A stretch of 64,000 nucleotides of DNA from Ilumatobacteraceae bacterium. GTDB taxonomy: Bacteria; Actinomycetota; Acidimicrobiia; Acidimicrobiales; Ilumatobacteraceae. Shown here one piece after another: positions 9,767 to 20,292 of the stretch (the first letter of the stretch is position 1; every line of letters starts with the position of its first letter). The notes beneath the pieces were generated by a model. The model saw only the letters and a list, made by a program, of their open reading frames with translations. It had not been told where the DNA came from and did no database searches. Where the stretch lies: positions 31,428 to 95,427 of the forward strand of contig CAWBZS010000012.1 in assembly GCA_963793335.1 (NCBI GenBank). Direction: 5' to 3'. Both the position numbers and the translations under genes were made by a program.

Positions 9767-10455
9767 GAGGTTCCTTCGATCCACGTGACCAGTGCGTGCC
9801 GCTCCAGGTCGACGCCGCAACGGTGCGAGAAGAACCGCGGGTCACACCCCGTACACGGGCCAACGACGTCGAGCACGATGCCGCGTCGCTCCAGTATCGC
9901 GGCGACGATGCCGGGCACATCGAGCGCGAGAGCCCCGTCGGATGTCGTTGCGCGCACGACAGCGTCGTCGAGTTCGACACTCCGATGAACCTGTTCGATC
10001 GCATCAACTCCGAATTCGTAGCAACACGGATGGATACAGGGCCCGAGGACCGCGGCAACCGTGTCATCAGCGGCGTCAGCTGCGATGTCGACCACCCCAG
10101 CCGCGAGTCCGCGCCAGCCGGCGTGGGCGAGCACGCGCCGACCCCGCTGGCCGAACAGGGCAAGCGGGGCACAGTCCGCTGCCCAGACCGCCAGCGCATC
10201 GTCGTCGTCGACGGATGCGACGACGACGTCGCCGGTGCCGGCGATCGGCCACGATGAGGTCGACGGCGACACCGTGTGCACGCCCGTTCCGTGTCGCTGC
10301 TCCAGCATCACCCACGTCGACGTCGTCAGCGCGAGCTGGCGGCGGCGCAGCGACTCGGCTGCCACGCGTCCGGGATGCATGTCACCATCGTCGCGTTCGG
10401 TGGCTCCGACCACGAGGGTTCGCCCGCCGATCTCGCGACGCAACATCTCCTGCAC
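9763..10455 (-). CDS. pgeF: peptidoglycan editing factor PgeF (YfiH/DUF152 laccase-domain protein)
   Basis: Motifs HAGWRGLAAGV, GPCIHPCCYEFG and CTGCDPRFFSHR. Conserved position immediately downstream of ftsZ. Confidence 0.8.
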   Translation of the reverse strand: MQEMLRREIGGRTLVVGATERDDGDMHPGRVAAESLRRRQLALTTSTWVMLEQRHGTGVHTVSPSTSSWPIAGTGDVVVASVDDDDALAVWAADCAPLALFGQRGRRVLAHAGWRGLAAGVVDIAADAADDTVAAVLGPCIHPCCYEFGVDAIEQVHRSVELDDAVVRATTSDGALALDVPGIVAAILERRGIVLDVVGPCTGCDPRFFSHRCGVDLERHALVTWIEGTS

Positions 10456-10529
10456 GGCTACGACGCTTCGTCGAACGCCCGACTGGCGAACGTCATGGCG
10501 TGCCCGTCGGCCTCGAGGCAGCGGGTGGC

Positions 10530-11648
10530 TTACTTGAGGAACGACGGGACGTCGAAATCGTCATCGTCGTCGGCATCGGCCAGCGGGTCGTCATCGTCGT
10601 CGTCGGTTCCGAACAGCTCGGTGATTCTCGTGGACGCCGTCCGCAGACCGTCGTCACCGTTTCGACCGGTGTGGCGTGACTCCGAGCCCGCAGCGTCGTC
10701 GAGCCGGTCGAAGCCAGCAGCGATCACGGTGATGCGCACCTCGTCGCCCATCTCGTCGTCGATGACGGTACCGAAGATGATGTTCGCGTCCTGATGCGCG
10801 ACGCCGTGGATGATCTCCGCGGCAGCGTTCATCTCGAACAGTCCCATCCCGGACGGCCCGGTGATGTTGAGCAGCACGCCCCGTGCACCATCGATCGCCG
10901 ATTCGAGCAACGGGCTGGAGATCGCAGCCTTGGCTGCGGAGACCGCTCGATCGTCACCGCTCGCCTGTCCGATGCCCATCAGCGCAGACCCGGCGTTCGA
11001 CAACACCATCTTGACGTCGGCGAAGTCGGTGTTGATCAGGCCGGGCGTGGTGATCAGGCCCGTGATGCCGGAGACACCTTGGAGCAGCACCTCGTCGGCC
11101 ATCTTGAACGCGTTCAGGACACTCGTCTTGTCGTTGGCGACCGTGAGCAATCGGTCGTTCGGGATGACGATGAGGGTGTCGACCTTCTCCTTGAGCTTCT
11201 GCACACCGTTGTCGGCCTGCACGGCGCGACGGCGACCCTCGAACGAGAACGGTCGCGTGACCACACCGATCGTGAGCGCCCCAGCCTCCCGAGCGATCTC
11301 GGCGATGACCGGCGCCGAGCCGGTACCGGTACCGCCGCCTTCGCCGGCGGTGATGAACACCATGTCGGCGCCGCGGACCATCTCTTCGATCTCGTCGTGA
11401 TGAGCTTCCGCAGCAGAACGACCCACCTCGGGATCGCTACCGGCACCCAGTCCACGGGTGAGGTCCCGACCGATGTCGAGCTTGACATCGGCGTCGCTCA
11501 TCAGCAGCGCTTGCGCGTCGGTGTTGACGGCGATGAACTCGACGCCCTTGAGACCGGCGTCGATCATGCGGTTGACAGCATTGACGCCACCACCACCGAC
11601 GCCGATGACCTTGATCACGGCGAGATAATTCTGCGGGGCGCCGACCAT
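10530..11648 (-). CDS. ftsZ: cell division GTPase FtsZ
   Basis: [17 protein letters not shown] and [13 protein letters not shown] tubulin signatures, with an acidic C-terminal peptide [11 protein letters not shown]. The ATG at 11646-11648 has GGAGGA 8 nt upstream. The ORF-track start at 11663 is a TTG. Confidence 0.95.
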   Translation of the reverse strand: MVGAPQNYLAVIKVIGVGGGGVNAVNRMIDAGLKGVEFIAVNTDAQALLMSDADVKLDIGRDLTRGLGAGSDPEVGRSAAEAHHDEIEEMVRGADMVFITAGEGGGTGTGSAPVIAEIAREAGALTIGVVTRPFSFEGRRRAVQADNGVQKLKEKVDTLIVIPNDRLLTVANDKTSVLNAFKMADEVLLQGVSGITGLITTPGLINTDFADVKMVLSNAGSALMGIGQASGDDRAVSAAKAAISSPLLESAIDGARGVLLNITGPSGMGLFEMNAAAEIIHGVAHQDANIIFGTVIDDEMGDEVRITVIAAGFDRLDDAAGSESRHTGRNGDDGLRTASTRITELFGTDDDDDDPLADADDDDDFDVPSFLK

Positions 11649-11750
11649 CAGCGGGTCCTCCAAATATGTGAGTTCATGTGCGGGTTCGTTTCAGCCGAGC
11701 GGATTGCCACGTTCCATCCTGCCAGGTCTTGCGCTGACAATCAGGGACGC

Positions 11751-13004
11751 TCACCGTACCGTCACTTCCGAGGTGGACACGTCCACCACCGCAACCGGAC
11801 GATCGGCGCTGTCGTCGAGCGTACGCTCCAGGCGCACCAACTTCTCGATCTGCTCCGCTCCTCCGATCGCGGAACCGAAGCGCACTTCGATCGGGCCACG
11901 GTCGCTGGACAGCACCATCACGAGGTCGCCACCGTCGGGCGTCACCAAGAGATACTGCACCCGACTGCGGATGCTCGGCGTGAGTTTCGGCACCAGTGAC
12001 GCCGCCGAGGCGTACCCGACGGGGGCAACTTGCCCAGGCGCAGCATCGAGCGTTCCGACGCCGGCGAACCAGACGAGCGCCACCGGTTCACCTTCGACGA
12101 GCGTGAGCACCCGGCCCTCGTCATCGATCACACGCGACATCCCGTCAGCACCCAGCATTGCGGCGACGGGCGTGCGTTCGACGATCTCGACGCTGGCCGC
12201 GTTCGGAAAATCGGTGCGCACACGTGCGCGATCGACCCAGGGCAACGACTCGAGGCGGTCTTCGTACGCGGTGGTGTCGACCCGTAGCACCGGCGTGCCC
12301 TCGAGGTCATCGAGAATCTCGGCCAACGCGTCCGGATCGGTGTTGACGTCCCCGGTGAGCGTGATGTCCTTGACATCGAACAGCGACGAACCCAGCACCG
12401 CGAGGAGCCCGATGACCACCACGAGCACCGCTCCGCCCAGCGCAATCCACCAGAGGCGACGGCGACTCTCGGCACGCTTGACGCCGATTCGGCGTTGCCG
12501 GATCCGGGGTTCGATCCCGCGAGCGTTCGCCTCCTGCGGCAGCACTGCGTCACTGCTGCCGTCGTCGTCGATGAAGACCGGCGCCGACCCGGACGAGTCT
12601 CGTTCGAGTTCCTCGTCGAGATAGGCAACGTCCGGCAGGTCGTCGAGTGCACCGATCGTGATGATGTTCGGACCCGCGTCGGCGGCCGGCGCTTCATCGG
12701 CCACATCGTGCTGGTCGCCGTCATCATCGCCGCCCGCGAGGCCGGGCTCTGCGGCGGCACTGACGACCAGCCCCGGATCGATGGGGCGTTGGGGCTCCGG
12801 TTGCGGCGTGGGGGCGACCTCCGACTCGGACGTCTCCTCGGCGAAGGCCTTCGACAGCTCGACGAGCACCACGTCGTCGGCGACCAGATCGTGGACGAGG
12901 TCGTCACCCATCGGGATCGCCCTGACCGACTCGTTCGGCTCCGTCTCCGCTGCTTCCGGAGCGCCCTCCGACGACGCAGCACGCTTCGCTCTCCGCCAGG
13001 CCAC
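11751..13004 (-). CDS. ftsQ: cell division protein FtsQ (long acidic N-terminal region, one TM, POTRA-like region)
   Basis: It lies between murB and ftsZ. There is a single TM, LWWIALGGAVLVVVIGLLAVLG, followed by FDVKDITLTGDVNTDPDALAEILDDLEGTPVLRVD, which is POTRA-like. Confidence 0.75.
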   Translation of the reverse strand: MAWRRAKRAASSEGAPEAAETEPNESVRAIPMGDDLVHDLVADDVVLVELSKAFAEETSESEVAPTPQPEPQRPIDPGLVVSAAAEPGLAGGDDDGDQHDVADEAPAADAGPNIITIGALDDLPDVAYLDEELERDSSGSAPVFIDDDGSSDAVLPQEANARGIEPRIRQRRIGVKRAESRRRLWWIALGGAVLVVVIGLLAVLGSSLFDVKDITLTGDVNTDPDALAEILDDLEGTPVLRVDTTAYEDRLESLPWVDRARVRTDFPNAASVEIVERTPVAAMLGADGMSRVIDDEGRVLTLVEGEPVALVWFAGVGTLDAAPGQVAPVGYASAASLVPKLTPSIRSRVQYLLVTPDGGDLVMVLSSDRGPIEVRFGSAIGGAEQIEKLVRLERTLDDSADRPVAVVDVSTSEVTVR

Positions 13005-13005
13005 C

Positions 13006-14007
13006 TCAGCTCGCTTCCCCGTCGTCGGCGTCGGCGAAGCCGATCAGGCGGATCTCGCTGCGCAACCGGAAGCCGCTGGCCTGCTCGACCCGCTCGCGCA
13101 CCAATCCCATCAACGCCCGGACGTCCGAAGCGCAGCCGCCCTCGTCGGCCTGGATGAAGTTGGCATGCTTGTCGGACACCACGGCGCTGCCCAATCGATG
13201 CCCGCGCAGCCCGGCAGCGTCGATCAGCGCACCTGCACTCACCTCGCCGGGCACCGGATTGACGAACACCGAACCGGCGTTCTGACCGCCAGGCTGATTG
13301 GCGCGCCGCCACGCCACGATCTCCTTGAGGGTCTGCGCAGAGCGGGCGGCGTCACCGTGTTCCAACTGCAGCACCGCTTCCAGCACGACATGTCCAGCGG
13401 CGAGCTCGCTCGATCGGAAGCCCAGACCGAGATCGCGGACGGTGAGCGCAATGCGTTCGCTCGTCCTCAGATCGAACACCTCGACCGTCTCGAGCGTGGC
13501 GGCCATGTCGGAACCATGGCCGCCGGCATTCATCCGCACCGCACCCCCGATCGAGCCGGGCACACCAACCGCCCACTCGAAACCGGTCAACCCGGCAGCC
13601 GCGGTCTGCCGAGCGACGATCGGCAGAAGCAGGCCCGCCGATGCGGTGACGCGGGCGGAGGCGCTGTCGATCTCGAGCCGATCGTCCAACTCCACGAGGC
13701 TCACGGCAATCCCGTGGAAGCCGTCGTCCGAGACGAGCATGTTCGAGCCGCGACCGAGCGCCAACACCGGAAGCCCCGACTGCCGTGCAGCCTCGGAGAC
13801 CGCGTGCAGTTGCTCCCAGTCGGTGACCTTCACGAACAGGGAGGCGGCACCACCGACTCGGTAGGTCGTCATCGGCCCGATCGGAACCGAGCGTTGCGCG
13901 AGTCCACCGAGCGCCCGTGCCGCCACGTCGATTGCATTGCCAGCGGTCGCGGATCCGGTGTCGCGCGCAGACGCACCGGTGGTGGAGGGGTCAGCGTCGA
14001 CGGGCAT
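13006..14007 (-). CDS. murB: UDP-N-acetylenolpyruvoylglucosamine reductase
   Basis: FAD-binding-type N-terminal domain (TYRVGGAASLFV, LGRGSNMLV) and a MurB C-terminal region (GSVFVNP...SAGALID, VSDKHANFI). Confidence 0.9.
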   Translation of the reverse strand: MPVDADPSTTGASARDTGSATAGNAIDVAARALGGLAQRSVPIGPMTTYRVGGAASLFVKVTDWEQLHAVSEAARQSGLPVLALGRGSNMLVSDDGFHGIAVSLVELDDRLEIDSASARVTASAGLLLPIVARQTAAAGLTGFEWAVGVPGSIGGAVRMNAGGHGSDMAATLETVEVFDLRTSERIALTVRDLGLGFRSSELAAGHVVLEAVLQLEHGDAARSAQTLKEIVAWRRANQPGGQNAGSVFVNPVPGEVSAGALIDAAGLRGHRLGSAVVSDKHANFIQADEGGCASDVRALMGLVRERVEQASGFRLRSEIRLIGFADADDGEAS

Positions 14008-15517
14008 CGATCACCTCCGTCGGCAGGGTGGCGATGTCGCCGCATCCCATCGAGATGCAGACGTCACCAGTTCGCGCTTCGGCGGCGACGAACGAGATCA
14101 CGTCCTCGCGCTTGGGCAGCCACACCACGCGGCGATCCGGGTCGGCTTCGGTCACCGCATTGACGATGAGCTTGCCGGTCACCCCCGGGATGGGCACGGT
14201 ACCGGACGCGTAGATGTCGGTGAGCACCACCAGATCGGCACCGGTGAAGGCGGTGGCGTATTCGCTCCACATTTCGGCAATGCGGTGATAGCGGTTCGGT
14301 TGGAACACGGCGATCACCCGTTGCCAACCATCGCCGCTGTCGCGAGCTGCCGCGATCACGGCCTCGATCTCCGAGGGCAGATGGGCGTAGTCGTCGACGA
14401 ATGTTGCCCCGCCGTCGGTGCCACGGACGTCGAAGCGCCTCGCCACCCCACCGAATCGGGCGAGCGCGGCAGCGACGTGGTCGAACGAGACCCCGATCTC
14501 GAGGGCGATCGCCGCGGCGCCGGTGGCGTTGACGACATTGTGCATCCCGCGCATCGGCAGGACGATTTCGCCGAGTCGCACCGAACGTGACGCCGAATCG
14601 TCGCCATCGCCGGCTCGCCGCTCCAGACCGAAGCGGAACGATCCGCTCGATGCGACGACGTCGACGGCGCGCACGTCACAGCGCTGGCTCAAGCCATAGG
14701 TGAGCGCTCCGTGGCGAACAGCCAGGTCGAACGCGATCGGATCGTCGCCACACACCACCTTCGGCCCATCGATCTGCGCGAGATAGTCGTCGAATCCGGC
14801 GACGACAGCCTCGAATGAGCCGTAGTGATCGAGGTGGTCCGCCTCGATGTTGGTGAGGATGGTGCCGTACAGCGGCAATTCGAGATGGGTGCCGTCGCTC
14901 TCGTCGGCCTCGACGACGAGCCAGTCGCCGTTGGTCCACTGCGCCCCGGTTCCGACATCGGTGACGTCACCGCCGACCACGAAACTCGGGCGCAATCCGG
15001 CCTCGGCGAGAATCATCATCAGCATCGAGGTCGTGGTGGTCTTGCCGTGCGTTCCTGCGACCGCCAACGACTTTGCTCGAGCACAGATCGACGCCAGCAT
15101 GCCGGCCCTGCTGAGCACCTGGACGCGCTGGGCTCGCGCCTCGTCGAGCTCGATGTTGTGCGATGGGATCGCCGACGACGCAGTCACCGCATCGACCCGA
15201 TGCACGAGCGCTCGATCGTGGCCGATGTGCACGTCGACGGGGGCGGCCCTGACCCGTTCGAGCACCGGGGCTTCGATCAAGTCGGATCCCGAGACGGCAT
15301 GGCCCATCTCGGCGAGCGCGATCGCCACGGCGCTCATGCCCGGACCCCCCACGCCGACGACGTGGAGGCGGTGTGGAACGGAGAGGTCGAGGGGTGCCGA
15401 TGGCTGCGCACGTTCCGGCACGGCGCGAGCAGCAAGGCTGGCGCGCGCGGCGTCGGCTCCGTGTCGTCGCTGGGTGTCGGGTGCAGTGGAGGAGAACGTG
15501 GACGTCACAACGGTCAA
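13991..15517 (-). CDS. murC: UDP-N-acetylmuramate--L-alanine ligase
   Basis: Motifs HVVGVGGPGMSAVAIAL, AVAGTHGKTTTTSM and DDYAHLPSEI. The start is uncertain: the ORF-track start is a TTG overlapping the murG stop, and the conserved core begins about 45 aa later. Confidence 0.9.
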   Translation of the reverse strand: MTVVTSTFSSTAPDTQRRHGADAARASLAARAVPERAQPSAPLDLSVPHRLHVVGVGGPGMSAVAIALAEMGHAVSGSDLIEAPVLERVRAAPVDVHIGHDRALVHRVDAVTASSAIPSHNIELDEARAQRVQVLSRAGMLASICARAKSLAVAGTHGKTTTTSMLMMILAEAGLRPSFVVGGDVTDVGTGAQWTNGDWLVVEADESDGTHLELPLYGTILTNIEADHLDHYGSFEAVVAGFDDYLAQIDGPKVVCGDDPIAFDLAVRHGALTYGLSQRCDVRAVDVVASSGSFRFGLERRAGDGDDSASRSVRLGEIVLPMRGMHNVVNATGAAAIALEIGVSFDHVAAALARFGGVARRFDVRGTDGGATFVDDYAHLPSEIEAVIAAARDSGDGWQRVIAVFQPNRYHRIAEMWSEYATAFTGADLVVLTDIYASGTVPIPGVTGKLIVNAVTEADPDRRVVWLPKREDVISFVAAEARTGDVCISMGCGDIATLPTEVIDARRR

Positions 15518-16623
15518 GATGCTAGAGCGATGCGGTCGATCAATCGGGCCAGGGCCCCAGATCGGTGCACCGCTCCCCTCGCTCGGGCCGCCTCGCTGAG
15601 CGCAGCGCGGCTCGGCGCATCACCGCGCAGCGCATCGATGTCGTCGGCCAGATGCGACAGCCGATCTTCGGACAGCATCACTGCGCCACCCACCTCGGAG
15701 AGCCACGACACGTTGTCGGTCTGGTGATCGTCGGCCGATGCCGCCCACGGGACGAGGATCGCAGGGGTCCCCGTCACCGCCACTTCGTGCACGGTGCTTG
15801 CGCCACCGCGCCCGATCAGCAGATCGCAGGCGTTGTACACCGCAGCCATGTCGCTGTCGTACGCGACCACCTGATGCAACACGCCCGCATCGCCGGCAGT
15901 CGTCACCGGTTCGATCGCGCCGACGAATCGCTCTCCTGCGATCTGACGAACCGCGAGTGTGTCGTCGTCGACATGGGCCCGCACGTACGTTGCGATCGCC
16001 TCGTTGAGCACCCCGGAGCCGAGCGAGCCACCCATCACCACGATCAGAAATCGATCCTCGGGAACTCCGAGTGCGACTCTGGCGGCACTGCGGGCCGCAG
16101 GCGACCGATCGACGGCCAACACCGACCGTCGCACCGGAGCGCCGGTCAGCTCGGCGCGTGGCAGCGACGAACGCTCGAACGACACTGCACACGCCGCTGC
16201 GTTGCGGGCCGCCAGCCGACTCGCCCTGCCAGGCGTGCGGTCGTACGACACCACCACGACAGGGATGCCGAGCCGACGCGCCGCGAACACCGATGGCATG
16301 CTCGCATACCCACCGACGGAGACGACCACCTTCGGGTTCCACTCCCGCAGCAACGCAGTCGCCCGTCTGCTGCTTCGGATCATCTTCGGGACGAAGCCGA
16401 GGTTCGCTCGAGTGATCCGTCGTTGCGCGCCGACCACGTCGAGAAACGTCGCCGGGTACGGCGTCGGCGGCAGCAGACGCGTCTCGACCCCCCGCTCCGC
16501 ACCCACGTAGCGGATGCTCGATGGGTCGTGGCCCGCATCGACGAGCGCATCGGCAACCGCCAGCGCGGGAAGCACATGACCCGATGTGCCACCGCCGGTC
16601 ACGACTGCGAACGTGTCGGTCAT
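15514..16623 (-). CDS. murG: undecaprenyldiphospho-muramoylpentapeptide beta-N-acetylglucosaminyltransferase
   Basis: VVTGGGTSGHVLPALAVA N-terminal glycine loop on a GT28 layout. The ATG at 16621-16623 overlaps the ftsW stop (ATGA), so the ORF-track start at 16785 is an over-extension. Confidence 0.9.
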   Translation of the reverse strand: MTDTFAVVTGGGTSGHVLPALAVADALVDAGHDPSSIRYVGAERGVETRLLPPTPYPATFLDVVGAQRRITRANLGFVPKMIRSSRRATALLREWNPKVVVSVGGYASMPSVFAARRLGIPVVVVSYDRTPGRASRLAARNAAACAVSFERSSLPRAELTGAPVRRSVLAVDRSPAARSAARVALGVPEDRFLIVVMGGSLGSGVLNEAIATYVRAHVDDDTLAVRQIAGERFVGAIEPVTTAGDAGVLHQVVAYDSDMAAVYNACDLLIGRGGASTVHEVAVTGTPAILVPWAASADDHQTDNVSWLSEVGGAVMLSEDRLSHLADDIDALRGDAPSRAALSEAARARGAVHRSGALARLIDRIALAS

Positions 16624-17903
16624 TGCGAGTTGATTCGCCGCGCCACACTGAGCAACAGCCCGGCCGCAGTCATCGAGACGAACAGGGAACTGCCACCTGC
16701 GGAGAAGAACGGCAGGGTCAAGCCGGTCACCGGCATGAGCCCCGTGACGCCACCGATGTTGACGATCGTCTGTACTCCGAACCACGTCGCGATGCCACCG
16801 GCCAGCAGCATCCCGAAGCGGTCTGGGGCCGCAATGGCGGTCTGTACGCCGAGGCCGACCAGCAGCACGAATCCACCGATGACGGCGAGCGCACCGATGA
16901 AACCGAGTTCGTCGGCGACCACCGCGAAGATGAAGTCACTGTGCGCATACGGCAGGTAGCCGAGCTTGCCGTTGCTGCCGCCGATCCCGGACCCGGTGAG
17001 GCCGCCCGACGCCATGCTCAAGAACCCCTGGTAGGTCTGATAGGCCAGGTGATCCTTCTCCTCGGCGACGTTCATGAACGCCGTGAAGCGGTCGAGTCTG
17101 CGGGGGCTCGACACCACGAACAGCAGCCCGACCGCCGCTGCCGAGAGTCCCATCAGCGACAGCGGGACGAAGGGCACACCAGCGATCCAGGCAACACCGA
17201 AGACGATGGCGCCGAGCACCACCGCCGAGCCCAGGTCACCCTGCGCAAGGCACAATCCGGCGCCGACGATGCCGATCGACGCGAGCGGGAGATACGTCCC
17301 AGGTCGATAGGAATGTGCTTCACGTCGCCGGGTCAGCAGGTCCGCTGCCAGGATCACGACGACGATCTTCGCGAACTCGGAGGGTTGCACGCTGAGTGGC
17401 CCGAGCAGCACCCACGAGCGAGCGCCGTTGACGCTTGCGCCGAGACCCGGGGCGAAGGGCAGTGCCATCGCGGCGACGCCGAGGACCCCCAGCGGGATCA
17501 CCAGACGGCGCCACGCGCGATACGACACCCTGGCCATCAACACCAGCGACACCAGGCCGAGACATGCCCAGATCGCCTGCTTGGCGAACACCCGGTACGG
17601 GGAGTGGCCGAGATTGGCTTCGGTGACCGCGGAGGCCGACAGCACCATGACCAAGCCGAGGGTGACCAGCACCCCGACGACGCCGGCGATCGCATAGAAC
17701 GTTCCCGGTGGTGGTCCCAGCACCTCGACAGGGTCGACCACGCCGGCCGCCCGCCGGCTCCGCCTACTCGACCGACGCGACCGAGCAGTGCCTCGCCGCT
17801 CCCCTCGCGGAGCACGGGAGGTGCGCTGTGGGGGGACTGATCCCCCGTGCAGCCGGTCGAGGGCGGCGCGTCGACGATCCTCGATGCTGATGGTGCTGGT
17901 CAT
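16620..17903 (-). CDS. ftsW: SEDS-family peptidoglycan glycosyltransferase FtsW
   Basis: About 10 TM segments on a SEDS-type layout, with SDFIFAVVADELG and GLTLPFFSAGGSSL motifs. It lies between murD and murG. The ATG at 17901-17903 overlaps the murD stop. A basic N-terminal tail of about 60 aa precedes the first TM. Confidence 0.9.
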   Translation of the reverse strand: MTSTISIEDRRRAALDRLHGGSVPPQRTSRAPRGERRGTARSRRSSRRSRRAAGVVDPVEVLGPPPGTFYAIAGVVGVLVTLGLVMVLSASAVTEANLGHSPYRVFAKQAIWACLGLVSLVLMARVSYRAWRRLVIPLGVLGVAAMALPFAPGLGASVNGARSWVLLGPLSVQPSEFAKIVVVILAADLLTRRREAHSYRPGTYLPLASIGIVGAGLCLAQGDLGSAVVLGAIVFGVAWIAGVPFVPLSLMGLSAAAVGLLFVVSSPRRLDRFTAFMNVAEEKDHLAYQTYQGFLSMASGGLTGSGIGGSNGKLGYLPYAHSDFIFAVVADELGFIGALAVIGGFVLLVGLGVQTAIAAPDRFGMLLAGGIATWFGVQTIVNIGGVTGLMPVTGLTLPFFSAGGSSLFVSMTAAGLLLSVARRINSQ

Positions 17904-19243
17904 CGGGGGGCTCCCTGGTGATGGTGTTCGTGGACGAGTGTTCGAAAATGGTCGCCGCGCGCTTCGAATCCCGAGTACTGGTCGAAACTCGCGCACCCAG
18001 GCGACAGCAGCACGGTGCTTCCGCGGGCTGCGACCTCGCCGGCTCGGCGGACCGCCGCGTCGAGGTCACCGACGACCTCGACGACCGGCACCGAGGCGAA
18101 TGCATCGGCGACAGCTCCGGCCGTGTCGCCGATCGCCAGCACGACGTCGACGCCGTCGACATCGGCGGCCATCGTGTCGAGGTCCACACCCTTGTCGTAG
18201 CCACCTGCGATGAGCACCAGCCGATCGAACGAACGGATCGCCGCGGATGCCGCGTGCGGTGTGGTCGCCTTCGAGTCGTTGTACCAGGCAACATCATCCC
18301 AGGTCCCGAGATGCTCGAGGCGATGCGCAGGGCCCTCGAACGTGGCGAGCGCCGCAGAGACGGCGTCGCTCCCCGCGAGGCCGGTCTCGATCACCAACGC
18401 CGACGCCGCAAGTGCATTGGTCAGGTCATGGGGCAGACGCCGACGCATCGACTCGACGCGGCACAGCGGTCCGCCAGGCCCCACGAGGGCGCCGTCGGCG
18501 ACCCGATAGTCAGCGTCCGGCGTCCCGAAGGTCACGTGGCGTCCTGGTGCCGAACGCAGGCGGCGCTCCACCGCCGCGTCGGCAGCGAACCCGACCGCCA
18601 CGTCGTCCGGACGCTGGTGTGCCCAGATCCTCGACTTCGCCGCCTCGTAGCTCCCCATGTCCCGGTGCCAATTGAGGTGGTCCGGAGCGAGGTTCAGCCA
18701 GGCTGCCCCGTCGGCACGGAACGACGGCGTCCACGCCAGGCGAAAGCTGGTTGCTTCCACCACCAACACATCGAGATCCATCGAGATCGCGTCGACGAGT
18801 GGCGTCTCGGTGTTGCCGGCGTCCACCGTTCGCTTGCCTGCCGCGCGAATCATCGCAACCGTCAGCAGCGTCGTGGTGGTCTTTCCATCGGTTCCGGTGA
18901 TCGCGAGCATCGGGCGAGCGCCGCCATCACGATGCTGTTCCCAACGGTATGCGAGCTCGATCTCCGACACCAGTTCCACATCGTTCGCCTGCGCCGAGCG
19001 CACGACCCGATGATGCTCGGGAACACCTGGCGACGGGCTGACCATCGCGCAGGATCGAACCAGCGCATCGAGCGCCCGCCCGTCCGGCCGTTCGATGATC
19101 TCGACGTCGAGTTCCTCGGCGCGCCGGCGACGATCGTCGGTGACCGTGTCGTCGGCGACCACCACCTCGTGCCCGTGCTTCGCCAGCGCGCGCACGGTCG
19201 ACTCCCCGGCCACCGCCAGGCCGTACACCAGCACGCGGCTCAC
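17900..19243 (-). CDS. murD: UDP-N-acetylmuramoylalanine--D-glutamate ligase
   Basis: VLVYGLAVAGESTVRAL Rossmann start and AITGTDGKTTTT P-loop, between mraY and ftsW. The GTG at 19241-19243 overlaps the mraY stop (GTGA). Confidence 0.9.
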   Translation of the reverse strand: MSRVLVYGLAVAGESTVRALAKHGHEVVVADDTVTDDRRRRAEELDVEIIERPDGRALDALVRSCAMVSPSPGVPEHHRVVRSAQANDVELVSEIELAYRWEQHRDGGARPMLAITGTDGKTTTTLLTVAMIRAAGKRTVDAGNTETPLVDAISMDLDVLVVEATSFRLAWTPSFRADGAAWLNLAPDHLNWHRDMGSYEAAKSRIWAHQRPDDVAVGFAADAAVERRLRSAPGRHVTFGTPDADYRVADGALVGPGGPLCRVESMRRRLPHDLTNALAASALVIETGLAGSDAVSAALATFEGPAHRLEHLGTWDDVAWYNDSKATTPHAASAAIRSFDRLVLIAGGYDKGVDLDTMAADVDGVDVVLAIGDTAGAVADAFASVPVVEVVGDLDAAVRRAGEVAARGSTVLLSPGCASFDQYSGFEARGDHFRTLVHEHHHQGAPR

Positions 19244-20292
19244 GGCAGACCCGCAGCCACGTCGGTGAAGTCGGCGATGAAGATCGCCAACGCAATGGCC
19301 ACGGAGATCGCGGAGATCAGCCAGAAACGGATGGTCACCGTGGTCTCGGGCCAACCGATCAGTTCGAAGTGATGGTGAATCGGTGACATGCGGAACAACC
19401 GCTTGCGGCGCCCTGTCGCCTTGAACACACCCATCTGGATGGCAACCGATCCGGCTTCCATCACGTTGATCGCGCAGATCAGCACCAGCAGCAGGGTGGT
19501 GTTGAGCGTGAGGGCACAAAACGCCAGTGCGGCGCCGATCGCAAGGGCCCCCACGTCACCCATGAAGATCCGCGCCGGCGCGGCGTTCCACCACAGGAAG
19601 CCGAGACAGCCGCCCGCGAACGCTGCGGCGAACACGCCCATGTCGAGCGGGTTGACCACCGTGCTGTAGATCTCCGGGTTGCGGAACGCCCAGTAGGCGA
19701 TGATCGTGAAGGCACCGAATCCCATCAAGGCCGACCCGGCAGCGAGGCCATCGAGACCGTCGGTGACGTTGACCGCGTTGGTGGTGGCCCAGATGATCAT
19801 CCCGGCCCACAGCACCCAGACCACGGTGGGCACCTCGAGGCCGACATCACCTCGCGTGATCGAAATGGTCTCGGAGATCCCGGTGCCGACGACGAGCCAC
19901 CAGCCCAGCAGCACGCTCATCGCCATCGTGATGTAGTTCTTCTGCTTCCAGAAGATCCCTCGGTTGTGGCGGCGCCGCACCTTCAAGAAGTCGTCGAGGA
20001 ATCCCATCAGCGCCATCAGCAGCACCCCGACCCAAACGATCATCGTCTGGTCGGAGAACGCCAAGCCTCGCCGGAGGTGCGCCACGAGCCAGCCGATCAG
20101 TGCGGCGCCGACGATGGCCAGCCCACCCATCGTGGGGGTCCCCTGCTTCACCATGTGGTGCTCGGGCCCGTGGTCCTCCTTGCCGAGGATCGGTTGTCCG
20201 TGGCCGCTGCGGCGAAAGAAGACGATCAGCCAGCGGGTGCCGAAGAGCGAGACGAACATGGCGCTTCCGCCGGCGAGCATGATGGCGATCAC
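19240..20292 (-). CDS. mraY: phospho-N-acetylmuramoyl-pentapeptide-transferase
   Basis: Polytopic protein with GTPTMGG, NAVNVTDGLDGLA, FMGDVGALAIG and PIHHHFE motifs. The GTG start overlaps the murE stop. Confidence 0.95.
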   Translation of the reverse strand: MIAIMLAGGSAMFVSLFGTRWLIVFFRRSGHGQPILGKEDHGPEHHMVKQGTPTMGGLAIVGAALIGWLVAHLRRGLAFSDQTMIVWVGVLLMALMGFLDDFLKVRRRHNRGIFWKQKNYITMAMSVLLGWWLVVGTGISETISITRGDVGLEVPTVVWVLWAGMIIWATTNAVNVTDGLDGLAAGSALMGFGAFTIIAYWAFRNPEIYSTVVNPLDMGVFAAAFAGGCLGFLWWNAAPARIFMGDVGALAIGAALAFCALTLNTTLLLVLICAINVMEAGSVAIQMGVFKATGRRKRLFRMSPIHHHFELIGWPETTVTIRFWLISAISVAIALAIFIADFTDVAAGLP